Below, one piece after another: positions 1 through 5,845 of a DNA stretch of 42,533 nt. Under the pieces are notes generated by a model. The model was given only the letters and a program-made list of their open reading frames with translations. It searched no databases and had not been told where the DNA came from. Position 1 is the first letter of the stretch; every line of letters starts with the position of its first letter. The stretch spans positions 1 through 42,533 of the IMG/VR virus record IMGVR_UViG_3300036945_000346. One strand, given 5' to 3'. Source of the DNA: a virus (lineage: Duplodnaviria; Caudoviricetes). The translations under genes were made by a program, and so were the position numbers.

Positions 1-221
1 TACTGAACGCCTAAACTGTAAAGAGACTTGGCACGCTCTCTGCTATGCGTGGGCGTGCGTTCACTCCAAGGGCGAAGGGTCGCTGGATAAAATACAGATT
101 CCCGAAAATAGTTCTTGAATCAGTAATACGCTGGTCTACGGTTTGGGTCTGTTCTTCGTCACTCGGTTCTCTCCCCCGCTCTGCGGGAGGTCGCACAAGA
201 TTGCTGGCAACTCGCCAGATT
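1..221. repeat. Direct terminal repeat / circular overlap, left copy
   Basis: Identical to 42313-42533 except A94 vs G42406. Confidence 0.95.
115..142 (+). promoter_or_regulatory. Putative early promoter (TTGAAT) with GTAATAC palindrome 2 nt downstream
   Basis: TTGAAT-ca-GTAATAC has the same layout as 38956-38970 and 35508-35522 (minus strand); the -10 match is weak. Confidence 0.45.
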
Positions 222-421
222 AGCCCGTGCGTAAAGATTCGATACAGAACTCGGTTCATTGATATTCTACTGTAGGAAGCCCCAGCCCCAGAAGGGCATC
301 GGCATTAATTCCTAAACGATAATCCAGCGTGTGCTTGGCTGATATATTCCCCGCACGATGGCAGATATTCAGAAACCTAGAAACCTACGGGTCAGAGATT
401 CTAGATTCGTGAATCAACAAA

Positions 422-492
422 AGGACGAAACACGGGGGACGGTGAAATCCCATCCCCCTTGTCTAGCGGTCAAACCGCTACTGACGAGTCCT
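422..492 (+). ncRNA. Hammerhead ribozyme, type II
   Basis: Stem II AGGAC(422-426)/GUCCU(488-492); GAAAC 427-431; stem III GGGGGA/UCCCCC; GUC cleavage triplet 461-463; stem I UAGCGGU-CAA-ACCGCUA 464-480; CUGACGA core 481-487. Confidence 0.92.
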
Positions 493-576
493 AGTCAGAA
501 TTAAACAGGACACAGCCAGCGTCTGTTCACGCTCTTCCCTCACGGGTCGTATTCAAAACCAAAACAAACCAAAAAT

Positions 577-1479
577 ATGAAACCTCAAATGAACCCCACG
601 GTCGCTGACGAAGCGGTCGAACTGATGGACACCCGCATCGACTTCACGGTCGTGCAGGAAGCCCTCACGCTCCCCGATGGTACGCCCACCGACTACTTCG
701 CCAATCGCAGGACTGACAACGGTGCTGTCCTCGGTGTCGTGACTCAGCAGTACCGTCCGATGCAGAACGCTGACCTCTTCGGCTTCGCTGAAGACTTGTT
801 CAAGAACAAGGGTCACCGATTCATCAACGCTGGTGCAACGGTGCTGAAGGGTGGCTCGCAAGTCCGTGCCAAGTACCGCTTCCCCGACCTCTCGGTCACG
901 GTGGCTGGTCAGCAACATCAGTTCCAGTTGATGGTGCAAAACAGTTTCGACGGAAGCCTCAAGGTGTCCTTCGACCTCGGTCTGTTCCGAATGCTGTGCA
1001 GTAACGGGATGAAGATTCCTGCCTTCGCTGGTAGCACGGTCTCGCTGATGAAGAAACACACGGAGAGCATGAGTCTCGCCTTCGCCTCTGATGCCTTCGA
1101 TTTCAGTCTCAAGTCCTTCCACAATTCTGTAGAAGTCTTCGAGAACTACAATCGCCAGCGTCTCACGCAGGTCGAGGGTCACAAAGTTCTGAACGGTCTG
1201 GTCGTGCGTAAGGCGATGGCTGAACGCATGGCTGAATCCGTGCGAGCAATCTGGGACAAGCCCACGCACAAGGAAGATGAATCCAGAAATGTGTTCAACC
1301 TCTACAACGCTGTGACTCAGCATCTGACGCACGAAGTTGCTCCGACCCGCTTCAGTCTCTCTGAGCGTGTCAGCATCGCTGTGACTGACGAACTGACGAA
1401 GGGTGTCCGCAATGGCATCTCCAGCCTGTTCGTGGACGCTCTCGCCCCCCGCAAGCCCCGCTCCTACTCCAACAACTAA
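577..1479 (+). CDS. DUF932 (phage/plasmid LGT_TIGR03299-like) domain protein
   Basis: RRTDNGAVLGVVTQQYRPMQN, NSFDGS and RMLCSNG motifs typical of DUF932; strong C/G-ending codon bias. Confidence 0.85.
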   Translation: MKPQMNPTVADEAVELMDTRIDFTVVQEALTLPDGTPTDYFANRRTDNGAVLGVVTQQYRPMQNADLFGFAEDLFKNKGHRFINAGATVLKGGSQVRAKYRFPDLSVTVAGQQHQFQLMVQNSFDGSLKVSFDLGLFRMLCSNGMKIPAFAGSTVSLMKKHTESMSLAFASDAFDFSLKSFHNSVEVFENYNRQRLTQVEGHKVLNGLVVRKAMAERMAESVRAIWDKPTHKEDESRNVFNLYNAVTQHLTHEVAPTRFSLSERVSIAVTDELTKGVRNGISSLFVDALAPRKPRSYSNN

Positions 1480-1492
1480 TCCACCCGACAAC

Positions 1493-1522
1493 GGGGATGG
1501 GCTGACAACTCAGCCTGTCCCC
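1493..1522 (+). promoter_or_regulatory. Strong intergenic hairpin (processing or stability element)
   Basis: GGGGATGGGCTGA-caac-TCAGCCTGTCCCC, 13 bp with G-U pairs, no U-tail. Confidence 0.55.
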
Positions 1523-1552
1523 TGCGTCACCATATCCTAACTACAAAATAAT

Positions 1553-1891
1553 ATGCACACGCTCATCAACGAGTCCTATCAGTCCGTCAAGACCGCTCTG
1601 CACTTCGCCCTCAAGGGCGAGGAGACTCTCTATCTCCTGTGCGAAGAGAAGTACGATGCTCTGAAGGATGTAAAATCCCAATCAGAAGAAGTCACGCTCC
1701 TGCTGGAGCAATGGAGACTCCAGAAAGTAATCTGCGAGCGGCTGGCAAAGACCTTGCACGATATGAATCCGTGGTACACGAACGAAGCCTTCAATCCTGC
1801 CACGATGGATGGACAGGGAATCGGATTCCTCAAGCGAGTCCCAGAGCGACAGGCGAACGGGACGAACATCCTGCCTGTGCGTAAAGACTAA
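1553..1891 (+). CDS. Hypothetical early protein
   Basis: 112-aa ORF with A-rich leader CTAACTACAAAA, which also precedes the next ORF. Confidence 0.75.
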   Translation: MHTLINESYQSVKTALHFALKGEETLYLLCEEKYDALKDVKSQSEEVTLLLEQWRLQKVICERLAKTLHDMNPWYTNEAFNPATMDGQGIGFLKRVPERQANGTNILPVRKD

Positions 1892-1899
1892 CTACAAAA

Positions 1900-2007
1900 A
1901 TGAGAGACCCAAATAATCCAGAACTCACGGAGGAAGACCTCGATGAAATTCGCTGGTCTGAATCTGACCGCTATGACGAACTTGAGGAGGGCGAATCGTA
2001 TGTATAA
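1900..2007 (+). CDS. Small acidic peptide, 35 aa (MRDPNNPELTEEDLDEIRWSESDRYDELEEGESYV)
   Basis: Translated by hand; shares the CTAACTACAAAA leader; below ORF-track cutoff. Confidence 0.6.
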   Translation: MRDPNNPELTEEDLDEIRWSESDRYDELEEGESYV

Positions 2008-2092
2008 ACTACTTACGGCAGTTGCCCTGCTCTGTGTCGCAATCGCTGGTCTCGCCTGTGTGGTTGGCTTCCTCGCCTTCGCTACCCGCTGA
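2000..2092 (+). CDS. Small single-TM membrane peptide, 30 aa (MYKLLTAVALLCVAIAGLACVVGFLAFATR)
   Basis: Translated by hand; overlaps previous stop; wholly hydrophobic core; followed by a terminator. Confidence 0.6.
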   Translation: MYKLLTAVALLCVAIAGLACVVGFLAFATR

Positions 2093-2128
2093 CCGCAGGC
2101 TCGCCCCGTGTCTCGCCCTTGACCCCTC

Positions 2129-2172
2129 AAGCCCACCCTGTGCCTAACCCGCCTCGGTGGGCTTTCTTGTTT
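2129..2172 (+). terminator. Rho-independent terminator of the early operon
   Basis: AAGCCCACC...GGTGGGCTT followed by TCTTGTTT. Confidence 0.65.
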
Positions 2173-2560
2173 GCTGTTCCTGCCCACCCCCGTGAGCCTG
2201 TGAGCCTGTATCAATCCTTTGCCTATACCATCCCCTACCCAGCCCCCTTATCCCGCCTCTGAGGGCAAGCCAGACCCCTCCGTTGACTACTGAACAGCCG
2301 TTCACCTACCTGTTCCAGCCCATCCAATCCCCCTGTTTTACAATCCTTTTACATTTGTTAAGTAATTGTAAATAATCTTTTAGTGGAATGGGTAACTGCA
2401 TACTGGCTACATTCTATAAGAAGTCTTTTATAATTCTATTATAATTCTTTTATAATATTCTTTTAGCCTTTTATAATAAAGTCTTTTAGGTTTTATAATA
2501 AACCAATCTCGACCCACCACACCCCTCGGGGGGCGGGGGTCTTTATCTTTTAGTCTGGGC

Positions 2561-2569
2561 TGGTATAAT
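2561..2569 (+). promoter_or_regulatory. Extended -10 promoter (TGgTATAAT)
   Basis: Perfect TGn-TATAAT upstream of the ncRNA/tRNA cluster. Confidence 0.55.
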
Positions 2570-2671
2570 ACCCATCCCAACGAATACTTTTTTTATACTA
2601 AAAAGCATCACAAAGACTTGAAGCGACTACTTGAAGCCAGCGTTTTATGCTGGCGATATGTAGGAGCGTCA

Positions 2672-2788
2672 GGGGGTTATTAGGGGGTTGATAAGGTCTT
2701 CAGTCAAGGAGCATCGTGTGAACAATCCGTTTCCGAATGATTCATATGGTGCTTGACACAAGGAAAAGTAAACCCCTTAGTAATCCCC
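2672..2788 (+). ncRNA. Rod-like structured RNA of unknown class
   Basis: 18-bp stem 2672-2689/2771-2788 and 13-bp stem 2710-2722/2741-2753; every non-Watson-Crick position (3+3) is G-U on the + strand. Confidence 0.7.
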
Positions 2789-2805
2789 GTTGTTCACCCC
2801 CTCAG

Positions 2806-2838
2806 TCCCCCAATTCTGGGGGAAGGGATTTTTTATTT
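2806..2838 (+). terminator. Rho-independent terminator
   Basis: TCCCCCA-attc-TGGGGGA followed by a T-tract. Confidence 0.55.
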
Positions 2839-2940
2839 CTCTGTTGACTCTGGTTCTCTCTGGGAAGATAACCATGTAGTTCTTTGATTCTGCGGAGATT
2901 AGGTAGTTCTAAAGTCCGCAAATAAGCGGAGATTAACTTT

Positions 2941-3012
2941 GCCTTGTTAGCACAGCGGTAGTGCGTCTGTTTTGTAAACAGAAGGTCGTTGGTTCAATCC
3001 CAACACAAGGCT
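2941..3012 (+). tRNA. tRNA-Thr(TGT)
   Basis: Acceptor GCCTTGT/ACAAGGC; anticodon arm TCTGT-ttTGTaa-ACAGA; T-loop TTCAATC. Confidence 0.93.
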
Positions 3013-3018
3013 TTCTTT

Positions 3019-3122
3019 GAGTGCAGTCTGGTCACAGGCTGAGTATAATAAGTTGATAGGTTCATCACATGGCTCACAGCGTAAACTAATGGCAACGATA
3101 TTTATACTGGTCAACCCCACTC
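3019..3122 (+). ncRNA. Multi-branched structured RNA inside the tRNA cluster
   Basis: GAGTG/CACTC closing stem, hairpin CAGTCTG/CAGGCTG and stem AGTATAA/TTATACT abut with no linker nucleotides. Confidence 0.5.
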
Positions 3123-3130
3123 TCCCCTTG

Positions 3131-3204
3131 CGAATGGTAGTTTAGACAAAACACTAACCCTGCGGTTAGAGTCACAGGTTATTTTAATACTCCTGTCCAT
3201 TCCT
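3131..3204 (+). pseudogene. tRNA-like element with aberrant anticodon loop and enlarged T-loop
   Basis: Acceptor GAATGG/CCATTC; D-arm TAGTTT...AAAC; anticodon stem CTAAC/GTTAG with 6-nt loop CCTGCG; T-stem ACAGG/CCTGT with 13-nt loop. Confidence 0.6.
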
Positions 3205-3212
3205 CTTCTCTA

Positions 3213-3284
3213 CAACCCGTAGTTCAACGGACAGAACCCCTGCCTTCTAAGCAGGTCATCTAGGTTCGATTCCTAGCGGGTTGA
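3213..3284 (+). tRNA. tRNA-Arg(TCT)
   Basis: CAACCCG/CGGGTTG acceptor; CCTGC-ctTCTaa-GCAGG; TTCGATT T-loop. Confidence 0.93.
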
Positions 3285-3289
3285 TTCAC

Positions 3290-3360
3290 AGACTTATGGT
3301 GTAATGGTAGCACAGGAGTTTTTGGTTCTCCTTGTCGGGGTTCAAATCCCTGTAAGTCTA
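3290..3360 (+). tRNA. tRNA-Gln(TTG)
   Basis: AGACTTA/TAAGTCT acceptor; anticodon loop ttTTGgt; TTCAAAT T-loop. Confidence 0.88.
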
Positions 3361-3366
3361 TTTACA

Positions 3367-3447
3367 GTAAGAGTGGTGGAACGGTATACACGACTGACTT
3401 AAAATCAGTTGCCATACGGCTTGCGGGTTCAAGTCCCGCCTCTTGCA
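3367..3447 (+). tRNA. tRNA-Leu(TAA)
   Basis: GTAAGAG/CTCTTGC acceptor; ACTGA-ctTAAaa-TCAGT; long variable arm. Confidence 0.93.
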
Positions 3448-3454
3448 CATTCAC

Positions 3455-3527
3455 GGGGGTGTAGTTCAAAGGTCAGAACACTCTGCTCATAACGGAAGAA
3501 ACGCTGGTTCAAATCCAGCCGCCCCCA
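3455..3527 (+). tRNA. tRNA-CAT (Ile2-lysidine or elongator Met)
   Basis: GGGGGTG/CGCCCCC acceptor; ctCATaa loop; TTCAAAT T-loop; lacks initiator features. Confidence 0.88.
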
Positions 3528-3568
3528 TTTTTAGTTGACAGTATTCTTAATTCGTAGATAAACAGCAC

Positions 3569-3967
3569 ATGAAAGAAAAAGCCTTGTCGCTCGCTCTTGG
3601 TCTCTCTAGGGACTTGCTCAAAGAACTCCGTACCTCCTACGAGGAAGGTCTTCATTGGTCTCGCACCGAGTCCCGTAAGCCCAGTCACCTCTGGGAGGTC
3701 GAGTGGTCTGACATCGGTGTCTCTCTCCTCCGTGAGAACCTAGGCATCAAGCCAGAAGAAGTCGTTACGCCCCCCGCCCAGAAGCGAGGCACGGTGTTCT
3801 GCAAGTACAAGAACCCCCGTGTCATCGGGATTATGATTGAGGGTAAGCAAGAGACCGCCCTCTGCCGTGAATCCTTGAAGTTCGGCATCGGTATGCCCGT
3901 TGATGTCCGCTGGGACGGAGCACGATGGGTGGTCGTGCGACATCCGAGGTTCAACGGAAAGTACTAA
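3569..3967 (+). CDS. Hypothetical protein upstream of terminase (possible DNA-binding or packaging accessory)
   Basis: 132-aa ORF with phage-like codon usage; TTGACA at 3535-3540. Confidence 0.7.
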   Translation: MKEKALSLALGLSRDLLKELRTSYEEGLHWSRTESRKPSHLWEVEWSDIGVSLLRENLGIKPEEVVTPPAQKRGTVFCKYKNPRVIGIMIEGKQETALCRESLKFGIGMPVDVRWDGARWVVVRHPRFNGKY

Positions 3968-4052
3968 TATAAAAAAATTTTAAAGTCTTTGATGAAATGG
4001 AATCTCCAGATGATGTTGAAGACGAAGACGAGATTCCCTTCCAAGAACTAAT

Positions 4053-5660
4053 ATGGCTTTCTCTCCGACACCGCATCCGATACTTGTTACTCCTTCCGAG
4101 GATGACATCAAGAGGCTTGCGGAAAAGGTGGGTTCTGAGAAAGTCGCTGAGATTCTCAATTTAAGAGAGGACAAAATCCTCGCAGAAAAACTTGACCCAT
4201 ATAGGCATGGGTTCGACCTCCCGCATTGGAAAGAAGCCGACCAGTTGCTAAAGGAGAACAACGAAGTTCTCATCCTTGGCGGGAACCGAGCGTCCAAAAC
4301 TGAATGGGCGGCTAAACGCATTGTCCAGACGCTTATCAATATCAAAGATGCTAGGGTGTGGTGTCTGCACACCACGAACCAGTCCAGCATCCAGATGCAA
4401 CAGCCTGTAATATTCAAGTACCTGCCTTCTGAGTTCAAAGACCTCAAGAAGAACAAGGTGCAGAATGTCCAGTACACACAGAAGAACGGGTTCTCTGACA
4501 ACACATTTATTCTACCGAACAAGAGCCAATGTTTTTTTATGAACTACGCTCAGAAGCGGGATGTCATCGAAGGCGGTGAGGTTGACCTCATCTGGTGCGA
4601 TGAATTAGTACCTTTGGATTGGATTGAAACGCTGAGATATCGTATCGTTACTCGTTTCGGTAAGTTAATCACGACCTTCACTCCAATCACGGGTTACAGT
4701 AGCGTTGTAAAAGAGTATGTAAGCGGAGCAAAGATTCTGGAGAACAAGCCCTCTCCCCTTCTGCCCGACAACATAAATGTAAACGGATGCCCCAGAGGGA
4801 CGATGCCATACAAGGCTAAGTCTTTTGTCCGTCCTGCCGCAGTAATGTGGTTCCATAGCCAACTGAACCCGTATAATCCTTTCGAGCAGTTAAAAAAGAC
4901 GCTCGCTGGGAAGAAGCCTTATGAAGTCAAAATCCGAGCGTATGGCTGGGCTGATAACATCAGCGGAAGCCAGTTCCCCCGATTTACTGAAGGAGTCAAT
5001 GTCGTCAAGGCAGAGCAAGTCCCAGAAGAAGGAACTAACTACATGGTCGTTGACCCAGCAGGGGCTAGAAATTGGTTCATGCTTTGGATGCGAGTTGATA
5101 AGTCTGGAGATATGTATGTATACCGTGAGTTCCCAGACTCATCGGATGGCGAGTGGGCTTTACCTGCTTCTGAGCCAGATGGCAGGGCTGGTACTGCCCA
5201 GCGTAACGGTGCTGGACGCTCTCTTGCGGAATACAAGGCACTTATCCTTGACTTAGAGAAGGGCGAAGAAATCTGGGAGCGTTACATCGACCCTAGGGCT
5301 GGTGGCTCTAAGGCTGTCACCGAAGACGGTGGCACTACCCTCATCGATATGCTTGATGATGGAGAAACGCCAATGCACTTTCAGCCAGCCGCAGGAATCA
5401 GAATTGAACAGGGCGTTGCCTTAATCAATGACGGCTTCTCCTACGACATGAACCAAGATATAACCCCATTGAACAAACCTAAACTTTACATCAGCGAATC
5501 ATGTCAAAACTTAATATACTGCCTCAAGGAGTGGACGGGAGCAGACGGAGAGAAGGGGGCAACCAAAGACCCTATCGACTGCCTCAGATACTTGATGGTT
5601 ATGAATCCAATTTACCAAGGCGGGGACGCAATGCAATCATGGGGTGGAGGAAGTTACTAA
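4053..5660 (+). CDS. terL: Terminase large subunit
   Basis: Walker A-like GGNRASKT, Walker B IWCDE, motif III TFTP, nuclease VVDPAG ... KDPIDCLRY. Confidence 0.93.
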   Translation: MAFSPTPHPILVTPSEDDIKRLAEKVGSEKVAEILNLREDKILAEKLDPYRHGFDLPHWKEADQLLKENNEVLILGGNRASKTEWAAKRIVQTLINIKDARVWCLHTTNQSSIQMQQPVIFKYLPSEFKDLKKNKVQNVQYTQKNGFSDNTFILPNKSQCFFMNYAQKRDVIEGGEVDLIWCDELVPLDWIETLRYRIVTRFGKLITTFTPITGYSSVVKEYVSGAKILENKPSPLLPDNINVNGCPRGTMPYKAKSFVRPAAVMWFHSQLNPYNPFEQLKKTLAGKKPYEVKIRAYGWADNISGSQFPRFTEGVNVVKAEQVPEEGTNYMVVDPAGARNWFMLWMRVDKSGDMYVYREFPDSSDGEWALPASEPDGRAGTAQRNGAGRSLAEYKALILDLEKGEEIWERYIDPRAGGSKAVTEDGGTTLIDMLDDGETPMHFQPAAGIRIEQGVALINDGFSYDMNQDITPLNKPKLYISESCQNLIYCLKEWTGADGEKGATKDPIDCLRYLMVMNPIYQGGDAMQSWGGGSY

Positions 5661-5845
5661 TGGAAATCTTCTTCCCAGCCCTCTTGTCTCGTCAGAAAGC
5701 GATGCTCTTTACTGGTTTCGGACGGAAAAGGCTTGAGTCCCTTGCCAAGAAGGGTCAAGTACGCACATTTACCACCAGCGGTGGTCACAAACGGTACTTC
5801 CGAAATGACCTCACTAAATTTTTAAATGAAATCTTACAAAAATAA
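5660..5845 (+). CDS. Excisionase/MerR-like (HTH_17, BldC-like) DNA-binding protein, 61 aa
   Basis: ATG at 5660 overlaps the terL stop; wing motif RTFTTSGGHKRYFRNDL. Confidence 0.75.
   Translation: MEIFFPALLSRQKAMLFTGFGRKRLESLAKKGQVRTFTTSGGHKRYFRNDLTKFLNEILQK

Noticed and set aside
156-178. Leader segments TTCGTC and TCCCCCG complementary to the hammerhead core and stem III (possible anti-ribozyme switch)
   Set aside because: Only 6-7 bp each, and their order does not allow one antiparallel duplex
553-1491. 312-aa minus-strand ORF antisense to DUF932, and similar long antisense ORFs over the portal, capsid, ExoVIII and giant genes
   Set aside because: Shadow frames caused by codon bias of the real genes; no motifs or plausible starts
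2291-2304. GAAC-N4-GTTC read as a LexA (Cheo) box, also at 42002-42015
   Set aside because: Matches the Gram-positive box, but the phage looks Gram-negative (lipoproteins, IHF site) and the sites do not overlap clear promoters; kept only as part of the inverted motif blocks
3013-3140. Theta/HDV-like ribozyme after tRNA-Thr (GCGAATGG resembles HDV J4/2)
   Set aside because: Could not build P1, P2 and P3; the GAATGG is explained as the pseudo-tRNA acceptor stem
3997-4164. 55-aa ORF (MESPDDVEDEDEIPF...) overlapping the terL start out of frame
   Set aside because: The acidic start looks protein-like, but two thirds overlaps terL and I saw no slippery site or other support
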